A stretch of DNA of 64,000 nucleotides from Bacteroidales bacterium (GTDB lineage: Bacteria; Bacteroidota; Bacteroidia; Bacteroidales; VadinHA17), in assembly GCA_020201035.1 (NCBI GenBank), contig JAIVHO010000032.1, positions 47,763 through 111,762 of the forward strand, given 5' to 3'. The position numbers and the translations under genes are program-made. The first letter of the stretch is position 1; every line of letters begins with the position of its first letter. The notes beneath the pieces were generated by a model. That model worked only from the letters and a program-made list of their open reading frames with translations. It was not told the DNA's origin and searched no databases. Positions 56,008-64,000 of the stretch are shown here, in pieces.

Positions 56008-57999
56008 CTATTCATTAAATAATCTCACACCCTCATCAAGCCACTCAATATACTCCTGAATATCCAGGTTAAGCTGCATAGGATCATTAAGGGCATTACC
56101 GTCATGATCTGTAATAACATATAGGGGCTGGGTATTGGTGCCGAACATCTCTATTTCGAGATCTGCATTCACCTTACCCATGGTTTTCTGCATTTTTCCG
56201 TCAACAGGTGATACTCTCCACTCCTCTTCCGGTAATTTTGTACGGTCATCGGTATAGAGAGCAATTATGACAAAATTCTGGCTGAGACGACGGAGCACTT
56301 CGGGATCAGACCAAACCTTACCCTCCATCTCCTTGCAATTGGCACATGCATGTCCCTTGAAATCGAGCAGTACAGGAAGTCCTTTCTCCCTGGCACAAGC
56401 CATTCCCTGCTCATACTCATAATAGCCCTGTAGCCCGTATGGAAGATGCAGGTTAACATTCTCAGCATATTTGGGTGTTCCGCACAACGACGACTCCCCT
56501 TCATTGTTAAATGGTGCCACTGCCCCTGAAGTAGGATTGCTGCCCTGCATCATCCTGAATGAGGATGTTTCGGGGGCAGGAAGAAATCCGGATAACCCTT
56601 TCAGAGGGGCACCAAAGAGTCCCGGTATCAGGTATACCACAAATGAAAAAACTACCACAATCATCAGTAATCTGAAGACACCTATATGGTCAAGCTTACT
56701 GTCGTGGGCAAAACGGATCCTGCCCATAAGATAGAGACCGAGAAGGGAGAAAAGGACAATCCATATTGCAAGGAAGATATCCCTCCCCATAAATCCCAGT
56801 CCGTACACAGCATCAATGATAGACAGGAACTTGAGTCCGAAGGCAACCATCAGGAATCCCAGCACCACTTTTACAGAGTTGAGCCATCCTCCCGACTTGG
56901 GAAGCTTATTCAATACTGACGGAAATAGGGCAAATATTGTAAAAGGCAGGGCAAATGCCAGTCCAAAACCGAACATTCCAATTGTGGGCCTCAGTACATC
57001 ACCGCTGGCAGCCTCAACAAGCAGGGCTCCCACAATGGGGCCTGTGCACGAAAAGGAGACAAGAACGGTAGTAATGCCAAGAAAAAACGCGGCGAGAACA
57101 CCCCCTTTATCAACTTTGGAGTCGGTGCTGCTAATCCACCTGTTTGGCAATACCAGCTCAAATGCTCCAAAGAAAGAGGCGGCAAATATTATAAAGAACA
57201 GGAAGAAGAGCAGGTTTGGTATCCAGTGTGTACTCAGGGTACTGGCAAAGCCGGCTCCCGCGCTGGTGAGTGAAACAATTATCCCCAGTGATGAGTAGAC
57301 AAGTACTATTGAGAGACCAAAAACAAGAGCCATGGTAACTGATTTGATCCTGTTCCCTGCGCCCCGTGAAAAGAAGGCCACCGTCATTGGAATCATAGGA
57401 AACACACACGGAGTAAGTATCCCTGCCAGCCCTGCCAGCAATGATATAATAAAGAATCTGAGCATCCCCTCCTTCCCTGCTCCGGGTGCACTCCCTTCAG
57501 AAGCAGAAGCCATTTTCTCTGACCCTGGTTCAGCTGTCACAGATTCACCTCCCAGGGCCACTGAAAATTCAACATCCTGTGGAGGAGAACACCTCTCGTC
57601 ATCACAAGCCATATAGGTTACATAACCTGACACGGTGAATGATGACAGCTCAGATGTTATCCTCATTCTGAACTCCGCACTTTCACTGAAGTATACATCA
57701 TCATATCCCAGATCATTAAAGACCACATCGGGGGTATCCACTTCATATACCTCCCGGACAATTTTGAAGAGGTCAGACTCCTCAACTGTAAATGATGTTG
57801 GGATAGCAATATTATCTTCCGGGAGGTTTATCGAATAGAGGTGAGAATGCTCCTCAATCTCAGCCGTAAAGATAATGTCCCAGGTATTATTATCAACCTT
57901 TTCATAACTGAAACTCCAGTCAACAGGATCATAAATCTGTGCGTTAGAAAGGGAGACCAGGCTAACCAGTAAAAGGGTAAAAAATAGCAATCGCTTCAT
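56008..57999 (-). CDS. dsbD: Thiol:disulfide interchange protein DsbD-like (N-terminal domain + CcdA membrane core + thioredoxin domain)
   Basis: TPCVFPMIP in the membrane core. C-terminal thioredoxin fold with the CANC active site (GHACANCKEME). Confidence 0.8.
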   Translation of the reverse strand: MKRLLFFTLLLVSLVSLSNAQIYDPVDWSFSYEKVDNNTWDIIFTAEIEEHSHLYSINLPEDNIAIPTSFTVEESDLFKIVREVYEVDTPDVVFNDLGYDDVYFSESAEFRMRITSELSSFTVSGYVTYMACDDERCSPPQDVEFSVALGGESVTAEPGSEKMASASEGSAPGAGKEGMLRFFIISLLAGLAGILTPCVFPMIPMTVAFFSRGAGNRIKSVTMALVFGLSIVLVYSSLGIIVSLTSAGAGFASTLSTHWIPNLLFFLFFIIFAASFFGAFELVLPNRWISSTDSKVDKGGVLAAFFLGITTVLVSFSCTGPIVGALLVEAASGDVLRPTIGMFGFGLAFALPFTIFALFPSVLNKLPKSGGWLNSVKVVLGFLMVAFGLKFLSIIDAVYGLGFMGRDIFLAIWIVLFSLLGLYLMGRIRFAHDSKLDHIGVFRLLMIVVVFSFVVYLIPGLFGAPLKGLSGFLPAPETSSFRMMQGSNPTSGAVAPFNNEGESSLCGTPKYAENVNLHLPYGLQGYYEYEQGMACAREKGLPVLLDFKGHACANCKEMEGKVWSDPEVLRRLSQNFVIIALYTDDRTKLPEEEWRVSPVDGKMQKTMGKVNADLEIEMFGTNTQPLYVITDHDGNALNDPMQLNLDIQEYIEWLDEGVRLFNE

Positions 58000-58111
58000 A
58001 ATAATACCTTTATATTATTAAATACAGTTTATATTTTGAACTGCGAAAATAACAAAAATCCATTAACGAAATAACTTTAAAAGGGAGTTACCACTTAAAA
58101 CCGAAGCATCT

Positions 58112-58200
58112 GTTAATCCGGACAGTCAGATTAATCAGCATCGTTAGACTAAGCAGAACAGTCAGATTAATCACTACATTCATAGTCAGGGATTAATCTA
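58112..58200. repeat. Short dispersed/tandem repeats (ACAGTCAGATTAATCA x2 plus degenerate copies)
   Basis: Exact 16-mers at 58122-58137 and 58158-58173 (36-nt spacing). Related: TAGTCAGGGATTAATC at 58184 and GTTAATCC at 58112. Confidence 0.6.
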
Positions 58201-58215
58201 ATAAATGGTATTATA

Positions 58216-58310
58216 CCCCAGGGCAAGCCCTGGACCCTTCTTTCCGGGGCAAGCCCCGGGGAATTTTACCACACCCTCTCGTCCGCCGAAGCGGAACGAG
58301 AAGGTGGATT
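58216..58310 (-). ncRNA. Candidate structured RNA element / tandem terminator hairpins: three stem-loops capped by UUCG and CUUG tetraloops (minus-strand sense)
   Basis: On the minus strand, three hairpins:
- CCACCUUCUCGUUCCGC-UUCG-GCGGACGAGAGGGUG (about 15 bp, one bulge), 58269-58307;
- CCGGGG-CUUG-CCCCGG, 58244-58259;
- CCAGGG-CUUG-CCCUGG, 58218-58233.
No U-tracts follow them. Confidence 0.35.
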
Positions 58311-58379
58311 AAAGCCCCCATTATGGATAAAACAACTTAACAGTGGATATTGTTGAGGGATTAAAGGTCTGGTAAGGGG

Positions 58380-59936
58380 CTAAAGGTCTATCTCGTCGCC
58401 CTCGGTGTCAAAAAAATGATGCTCAAGGTAGTGGTATGACGGAATGGACTGCACAGTAAGCTTGCATCCATATTTTCTACCCATCTTCCTGTAAGGTGGA
58501 ATTAGTCCCTTGGTAAGCCAGGCTGCAACAAAGGGGTGTGTTCGCAGAACAATCCGGCGGGTCTTTACCTTTTCAAGGAGATACTTGAGATCCTCCTCCA
58601 AACGATCAGTATACAAAATAGCAGGTCCTACAGTACCTTCACCGCTGCAGGTTGGACACTTTTCATCCGTTGAGATATGCATTTCAGGCCTTACCCTCTG
58701 GCGCGTGATCTGCATCAGGCCGTATTTACTCAGGGGCAGTATATTGTGCTTAGTCCGGTCCGCTGCCATCGCCTCTTTCATGCGGTCAAAAAGCTGTTGA
58801 CGATGATCATTGGATGTCATATCGATAAAATCGATAACAATAATGCCACCCATATCCCTTAGCCGGAGCTGACGGGCAATCTCCCTGGCAGCCTCCATAT
58901 TTACATCAAGGGCATTGGACTCCTGATCAGAATCTGACTTTGACCTGTTTCCGCTGTTAACATCAATAACATGGAGGGCTTCAGTGTGCTCTATAATAAG
59001 ATATGATCCGTGTCTGAATGAGACTGTTTTTCCGAACAGCGACTTTATCTGTCTGGTAACACCGTAATGATCAAATAGCGGAACTGTTCCTGTATAGAGT
59101 TTGACAATCTTCTCCTTCTCAGGTGCTATCTCCTTTACATATTGCTTTATCTCCGTTGCAGTGGCCTGGTCATTTACGGTAATACTGGTAAAACTAACAT
59201 TCAGTATATCTCGGAGAATTGCTGCGGTCCGATTAATTTCACCAATCAACAGCTTTGGCTGCAGGGTATCCTTTTTAAGATTGCTGAACGCTGATTCCCA
59301 TTTCTCGACCAGAGAACGCATTTCTGCATCAAGCAAAGCTACCTTCTTTCCTTCAGCAACAGTTCGCACTATTACTCCGAAATTTTTGGGTTTTATGCTC
59401 TGTATAAGGGTTTTGAGCCTGTTTTTCTCTTCCTGGCTCTCAATCTTGGAGCTGATGGATATCTTGTCTGAAAAGGGAATAAGAACAAGGTTACGCCCGG
59501 CCAGCGAGATCTCTGATCCAAGCCTGGGTCCTTTTGTACTTATTGGCTCCTTGGTAATCTGAACTATAACTGTTTGTCCGGTGGTAAGTATATCCCCTAT
59601 CTTGCCGTCCTTGTCAATATCAGCCTCATTCTTGAATTTTGTCAGAGGCACCATTTTGCCCTTCTTATGAATGGCAAGGTGGTAGTAACGGTTCAGTGAT
59701 CTGAACTGTGCGCCCAGATCAAGATAGTGCAGAAAGGCATCCCTCTCGTAACCCACATTAACAAATGCGGCATTAAGCCCCGGCATAATTTTCTTAACCT
59801 TGCCAAGGTAGACATCTCCTACAGTAAACCTCAGGTTTTTCTTTTCAGTATTAAGCTCAACTAGCTGCTTATCTTCAAGTAGTGCGATGGATATCTCTTC
59901 ACTACCTGATTCAATAATTAAATCTTTGGATATCAC
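58380..59936 (-). CDS. rng: Ribonuclease G/E family endoribonuclease
   Basis: S1 domain (VGDVYLGKVKKIMPGLNAAFVNVG), catalytic region (VIDVNSG), Zn-link CPTCSG. Confidence 0.9.
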   Translation of the reverse strand: MISKDLIIESGSEEISIALLEDKQLVELNTEKKNLRFTVGDVYLGKVKKIMPGLNAAFVNVGYERDAFLHYLDLGAQFRSLNRYYHLAIHKKGKMVPLTKFKNEADIDKDGKIGDILTTGQTVIVQITKEPISTKGPRLGSEISLAGRNLVLIPFSDKISISSKIESQEEKNRLKTLIQSIKPKNFGVIVRTVAEGKKVALLDAEMRSLVEKWESAFSNLKKDTLQPKLLIGEINRTAAILRDILNVSFTSITVNDQATATEIKQYVKEIAPEKEKIVKLYTGTVPLFDHYGVTRQIKSLFGKTVSFRHGSYLIIEHTEALHVIDVNSGNRSKSDSDQESNALDVNMEAAREIARQLRLRDMGGIIVIDFIDMTSNDHRQQLFDRMKEAMAADRTKHNILPLSKYGLMQITRQRVRPEMHISTDEKCPTCSGEGTVGPAILYTDRLEEDLKYLLEKVKTRRIVLRTHPFVAAWLTKGLIPPYRKMGRKYGCKLTVQSIPSYHYLEHHFFDTEGDEIDL

Positions 59937-59977
59937 AATATGGAATATTGAATTTACCCCGTCTGACCTATAAATGT

Positions 59978-60013
59978 GCTAAACCTAAAGACGAGAAAAT
60001 CTTTAGGTTTAGC
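59978..60013 (-). promoter_or_regulatory. 13-bp perfect-stem hairpin in the rng 5' leader
   Basis: GCTAAACCTAAAG (59978-59990), a 10-nt loop, then CTTTAGGTTTAGC (60001-60013). It lies 42-77 nt upstream of the rng ATG, and no U-tract follows on either strand. Confidence 0.6.
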
Positions 60014-60042
60014 GATAATTTCATGGCTGTAAACAGGTATGA

Positions 60043-60135
60043 CTATTTCTTCTTTTTGTGCCTGTTCTTTCTCAAGCGCTTCTTGCGCTTGTGAGTAGCC
60101 ATCTTATGTCTTTTTCTCTTTTTCCCGCTTGGCAT
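60043..60135 (-). CDS. 30-aa Lys/Arg/His-rich small protein (bS22 / AURKAIP1-COX24-like candidate ribosomal protein), absent from the ORF track
   Basis: The reverse strand reads ATG CCA AGC GGG AAA AAG ... TAG, giving MPSGKKRKRHKMATHKRKKRLRKNRHKKKK. It starts 9 nt downstream of the hup stop, in the same orientation. Confidence 0.6.
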   Translation of the reverse strand: MPSGKKRKRHKMATHKRKKRLRKNRHKKKK

Positions 60136-60144
60136 ATAGCACTC

Positions 60145-60429
60145 CTACTTTTTATTGGTCTTAACCTTGTTGATAAATGATTTTGAAGGCTTGAAAGCCG
60201 GTATAAAATGTTCCGGAATAATTATAGTGGTATTCTTAGAGATATTCCTGGCTGTTTTCTTGGCTCTTTTCTTAACGATAAAGCTGCCGAAACCTCTGAG
60301 ATAAACGTTATTTCCAGCTACCATAGATTCCTTGACCGCATCCATAAACTCTTCCACAGTTCTCTGTACTGTCACTTTTTCTATACCAGTTTTTCTGGCA
60401 ATCTCATTAACGATGTCTGCCTTAGTCAT
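60145..60429 (-). CDS. hup: HU-family DNA-binding protein
   Basis: MTKADIVNEIA..TG......V.....F......S......V.LRGFGSF......AR..RN.....I.IP. Confidence 0.9.
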   Translation of the reverse strand: MTKADIVNEIARKTGIEKVTVQRTVEEFMDAVKESMVAGNNVYLRGFGSFIVKKRAKKTARNISKNTTIIIPEHFIPAFKPSKSFINKVKTNKK

Positions 60430-60488
60430 TTTTTAATCAATTTTGATTCAACAATTTATATAAGTCTTTATTTTTTCGAATAACTCTG

Positions 60489-60496
60489 CAAATGTA
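60489..60496 (-). promoter_or_regulatory. -7 promoter box (TACATTTG on minus strand) for hup
   Basis: Plus-strand CAAATGTA lies about 60 nt upstream of the hup ATG. Confidence 0.4.
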
Positions 60497-60709
60497 AAAT
60501 ATTATTTCTTATAAACGAAACACTTACAGTTATTTTTTTATCTTTCCTTTCTCTTAATAATCTGAACAAGTGATTTATAGGTGTACATATTTTGTCTTTA
60601 ACACCTGCCGGGCTGCGGGGTGTGTTCAATTTACCACTTTCAGGTTGACATCAATACTTTTTTTCATAACTTTACAACCCAAAATATTTTTAACAAAACA
60701 GGGTATAAA

Positions 60710-61201
60710 ATGTCTGTTAATAAGGTAATTCTGGTTGGCAATCTGGGTAAGGATCCGGAAGTTCATTACATTGAACAGGGTGTTGCCGTGGCACGCTTTC
60801 CATTCGCAACAAGTGAGACCTACCGTAGTAAGGATGGTGAACGCATTACAACCACCGAGTGGCACAATGTGGTACTCTGGAGAGGACTTGCTGAGGTTGC
60901 AGAAAAATATGTTAAAAAGGGATCCCAGCTCTATATAGAGGGGCGGATAAAAACCCGTTCATATGATGACAGGGATGGGAACAAAAGATATATTACCGAA
61001 ATTATTGCCGACAATATGCAGATGCTCGGCAAAAAAGGAGAGGGCCAGTCGGGTACCAGTGATTCAGCCAGCGATGATTCTTTTACTCCGGCCGGAGAGG
61101 AATCGGGAAGCAGGTTCAGTGCAAACGGCAAAAATCAGGATCCGCCTGCGGCCGACTCCTTTGATGCGCCTGATAACAAGGAGGATGACCTCCCCTTTTA
61201 G
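60710..61201 (+). CDS. ssb: Single-stranded DNA-binding protein
   Basis: [25 protein letters not shown], and an acidic tail ending DDLPF. The start is taken at the internal ATG. Confidence 0.9.
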   Translation: MSVNKVILVGNLGKDPEVHYIEQGVAVARFPFATSETYRSKDGERITTTEWHNVVLWRGLAEVAEKYVKKGSQLYIEGRIKTRSYDDRDGNKRYITEIIADNMQMLGKKGEGQSGTSDSASDDSFTPAGEESGSRFSANGKNQDPPAADSFDAPDNKEDDLPF

Positions 61202-61221
61202 TTTAACCAAATATTTCTACC

Positions 61222-62544
61222 TTGGAAGCTGAAGACCCTTATCAATACCTTTCTGTAATTGAATCCGTAACACAGCAATCTTCTCTGCCCGGTCTGATCA
61301 CCGGTTTTGTAGTACTGCTGATCCTTCTTATCTCCTCTGCCTTTATATCCGGATCGGAGATTGCCTTTTTTTCACTCTCACCAGGAAATATAAGTGAGAT
61401 CTCCGGCAAAAAGTCGGGGATAGCCAGTAAAGCCCTCAGGCTTATAAGCATGCCTGAAAGGTTGCTGGGAACCATACTTGTGGCAAACAACCTGGTAAAC
61501 ATTAGTATAGTAATAATATCAGCATGGCTGAGCAACAGGCTTTTTGATTTCTCTGATAATCCTGCAGCGGGATTTGCTCTGGAGGTTGTTGTTATCACAT
61601 TTATACTGCTTCTCTTTGGAGAAATCCTTCCAAAAATATATGCATCACGCGCCGCGGTTAAATTTGCTCTCATTATGGCTTTGCCCCTTGTCGTGATGGA
61701 AAAAATATTCAGACCGGTCAGCATGATCCTGGTAAAATCACTCAGGCTGTTCCGCAGGTGGAAAAACTCTGATATCATAAGCAAGGGAGACCTGAAAGAG
61801 GCAATAAATATCGCATCGGAGTCTATCAGGGAGGATGAAAAAATTCTCAGGGGCATTGTCAAGTTCAGTAATATCTACGCTACTGAGATAATGAAACCAA
61901 GGATTGATGTTACTGCGATAGATATCAAAACCCCGTTCGGGGAGGTAATGCCCGCAATTATTGATTCAGGGTACTCCAGGATACCTGTCTACAGGGGCAC
62001 ATTCGATAATGTGGAAGGGATGCTCTATGTAAAGGATCTGCTTCCCCACTTTCATAAACCCAACAGCTTCAATTGGCAGTCACTTATTCGCCCACCCTAC
62101 TTTATTCCTGAAACAAAAAAGATAAATGACCTTCTGGAAGAGTTCCAGACCAAAAAGATTCATATGGCAATAGTGGTGGATGAGTATGGAGGAACAAGCG
62201 GAATAGTTACACTCGAGGATATCCTTGAAGAGATAATGGGAGAGATTCCTGATGAATCAGATCCGGAACATTACGACTTTAAAAAGATTGATGATTATAC
62301 CTACCTCTTTGAGGGGAAAACACAGTTAAACGAATTCTTTAAACTATTTGATATAGATGAGGAGACATTTGAGGATGCAAGAGGTGATTCTGACACTCTT
62401 GCCGGTCTGATTCTCGAAATGACCGGAGAGATTCCGAAAGAGGGTTACACTATTACCTGGATGAATTACAAGTTCACTATTGAATCAGCTGATAAACGGC
62501 GCATTAAAAGGTTAAAGGTTGAGGTTACGGCAAAAAGAAAATAG
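61222..62544 (+). CDS. gldE: Gliding motility-associated protein GldE (DUF21/CNNM-CBS-CorC family)
   Basis: DUF21 membrane domain, a CBS pair, and a CorC_HlyC C-terminal domain. It is followed by a GldD-like gene, as I recall for flavobacterial gldD/gldE loci. TTG start. Confidence 0.7.
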   Translation: MEAEDPYQYLSVIESVTQQSSLPGLITGFVVLLILLISSAFISGSEIAFFSLSPGNISEISGKKSGIASKALRLISMPERLLGTILVANNLVNISIVIISAWLSNRLFDFSDNPAAGFALEVVVITFILLLFGEILPKIYASRAAVKFALIMALPLVVMEKIFRPVSMILVKSLRLFRRWKNSDIISKGDLKEAINIASESIREDEKILRGIVKFSNIYATEIMKPRIDVTAIDIKTPFGEVMPAIIDSGYSRIPVYRGTFDNVEGMLYVKDLLPHFHKPNSFNWQSLIRPPYFIPETKKINDLLEEFQTKKIHMAIVVDEYGGTSGIVTLEDILEEIMGEIPDESDPEHYDFKKIDDYTYLFEGKTQLNEFFKLFDIDEETFEDARGDSDTLAGLILEMTGEIPKEGYTITWMNYKFTIESADKRRIKRLKVEVTAKRK

Positions 62545-63124
62545 ATTAAGGCATCTGCTGCCGGCATTGTTTATAACAATCATTGTTATTCTGGTGGTGA
62601 GTTCATGCGGTGACAGGGGCACTCCAAAACCAAGGGGTCACTTCAGAATTGATCTCCCGGAAAAAGGGTATACTCTGTTTGATTCGATATGCCCGTTTAC
62701 TTTTGAGTACCCTGTTTACGCTACTGTTACATCCGAGCCAGGGCTCACAGATCCCTGCTGGTTCAATATTGAATTTGCCGGATATGGTGGCAAAATACAC
62801 CTCAGCTATATTGAAATAGCCGGTAACCTTGACCTGCTCACAGAGGATACCCACCGTCTTGCCTACAAACATACGGTTAAAGCTGATGCAATAAATGAAA
62901 GCTACTGGGAGAACGAAGAGAAGAGGGTTTACGGCACCCTATATTCAATCACCGGTAATGCTGCATCCTCCATGCAGTTCTATCTTACAGACAGCACCAA
63001 CCATTACCTTCGGGGGGCACTCTATTTCAGCGCCACTCCTGATAAAGACTCACTTAAACCTGTTATTGACTTTTTCAGCCAGGATGTAATTCACCTTGTC
63101 GAAACCCTTGAATGGAAGTATTAA
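62519..63124 (+). CDS. gldD: Gliding motility lipoprotein GldD-like
   Basis: Lipobox VVSSC, then PKPRGHFRIDLPEKGY..F, typical of GldD. Position after gldE. The start is uncertain (TTG at 62519 overlaps the gldE end). Confidence 0.6.
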   Translation: MRLRQKENRLRHLLPALFITIIVILVVSSCGDRGTPKPRGHFRIDLPEKGYTLFDSICPFTFEYPVYATVTSEPGLTDPCWFNIEFAGYGGKIHLSYIEIAGNLDLLTEDTHRLAYKHTVKADAINESYWENEEKRVYGTLYSITGNAASSMQFYLTDSTNHYLRGALYFSATPDKDSLKPVIDFFSQDVIHLVETLEWKY

Positions 63125-63145
63125 ACCGTTAACTTTGACTATCAG

Positions 63146-63841
63146 ATGGGCTGCATTACTGAACACTACCTGAATGAGCACACTCTGCTGGGAGTCTGGA
63201 AGATTGAAGAGGATATTAAGACTCTTCTATGCATGGTTGATCTCAGTCCTGAAGACCGGAAAAAATACCGGGTATTCAGAAGCAATTCACGTAAGCAGGA
63301 GTTCCTGAGTGTTCGCGCCCTTCTGTCTGAACTGCTGGGATCGGGTCGCGGAATAGTTTACAACAAGAATAACAAGCCATTTCTCAGGGATGGATCACAC
63401 TTTATAAGCATAACCCACTCCAACAAGCTCACCTCCATTATGCTCAGTACGCGTGAAAGGATAGGAATAGACCTCGAGTATATGAGTTCAAATATATCAG
63501 CGCTCTCATTCAAATTTATCAACAGGGATGAAAGATTAACCCGGAAAAAGGAACTTAAGAAGTATCATCTCTATCTGCACTGGTGCGCTAAAGAGGCACT
63601 TTACAAGATATGTGACAAAGAAGGGATAAATATTAAAAAAGATATAACCATATTCCCTTTTGAACCATCCGACTCAGGTGATATAAAGGGAAGGGTGAAG
63701 TCGGAACGAATAGATGAGCTTTTTGACCTGCAGTATACACGGTACGATAATTATGCTATCGTATGGACGCGGAAAGACTACAATGATTATAAGGTTTTCC
63801 GGGATAGTAGTGATGTAGCCGGAATTTCGGGGGCAGAATGA
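63146..63841 (+). CDS. 4'-phosphopantetheinyl transferase (Sfp-type)
   Basis: GIDLE (Mg site) and WCAKEALYK motifs. Confidence 0.8.
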   Translation: MGCITEHYLNEHTLLGVWKIEEDIKTLLCMVDLSPEDRKKYRVFRSNSRKQEFLSVRALLSELLGSGRGIVYNKNNKPFLRDGSHFISITHSNKLTSIMLSTRERIGIDLEYMSSNISALSFKFINRDERLTRKKELKKYHLYLHWCAKEALYKICDKEGINIKKDITIFPFEPSDSGDIKGRVKSERIDELFDLQYTRYDNYAIVWTRKDYNDYKVFRDSSDVAGISGAE

Positions 63842-63862
63842 CAACTCTTATAAATAATTGAT

Positions 63863-63899
63863 AAAAAAAACGGACCCCTTAACGGGGCCCGTTTTTTTT
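63863..63899. terminator. Bidirectional intrinsic terminator
   Basis: A8, then CGGACCCC-TTAAC-GGGGCCCG (one A/C mismatch), then T8. It sits between convergent genes. Confidence 0.75.
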
Positions 63900-63920
63900 A
63901 TATCCTATCTCAGGTGGAGA

Positions 63921-64000
63921 TTAATTCCCGCACTTCAGAACTGTCTCAATCTGGTATTTAGCAGCCTCTGCAAACTCTCCGTACATAGCTTTTTTGTAGT
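63921..64000 (-). CDS. 3' end of an unidentified minus-strand gene (partial, runs off window)
   Basis: The reverse strand reads ...YKKAMYGEFAEAAKYQIETVLKCGN-stop, with the terminator just downstream. Too short to assign. Confidence 0.3.
   Translation of the reverse strand, partial: YKKAMYGEFAEAAKYQIETVLKCGN

Noticed and set aside
1-64000. Search for tRNA/rRNA genes, transposases, integrases, phage genes, restriction-modification or other defence systems.
   Set aside because: No T-loop GGTTCGAATCC-like sequence occurs in any intergenic gap. No IS-type inverted repeats or recombinase-like ORFs were seen. Every ORF over 150 aa is accounted for by housekeeping or envelope functions, apart from the PPDK_N pair.

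Overview
This 64-kb window looks like a Bacteroidota-type chromosomal segment. Evidence for that placement: T9SS PorP/SprF and a type-B C-terminal sorting domain, GldD/GldE, uppS-bamA-ompH-ompH-murI synteny, TAnnTTTG -7 promoter boxes, and almost no Shine-Dalgarno sites. It is densely packed with about 65 mostly housekeeping genes. I found no rRNA, tRNA, CRISPR array, transposase or integrase.

Recognisable blocks:
(i) A tungsten island (1-6.8 kb): wtpCBA-type tungstate ABC transporter, a ModE-like regulator, tungsten-type aldehyde:ferredoxin oxidoreductase, and a divergent DUF364-ThiF-ThiS trio.
(ii) An ECF sigma / membrane-anchored PKD-T9SS protein / PorP cluster (9.2-12.5 kb).
(iii) Futalosine (mqnB/D), queD/folE and fabD genes.
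(iv) An operon of two tandem giant receiver-fused PPDK_N (ATP-grasp) paralogues plus OsmC (20.0-26.9 kb). This is the most unusual content of the window.
(v) korAB, followed by the murI / ompH / bamA / uppS envelope cluster.
(vi) nadK, pdxJ, udk, manA, engB, prs, rplY, pth and hslR.
(vii) Transporters and lipid enzymes, a dipeptidase, lnt, dsbD, rng, hup, ssb, gldE/gldD and a PPTase.

Outside the ORF track I found:
- an unlisted 30-codon Lys/Arg-rich ORF (bS22-like);
- a truncated gamma-carbonic-anhydrase remnant;
- several intrinsic terminators;
- a trio of hairpins capped by canonical UUCG/CUUG tetraloops;
- six independent short-period tandem-repeat arrays, all confined to intergenic or promoter regions.

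All functional calls rest on my own recognition of motifs in the translated ORFs. No database search was run.
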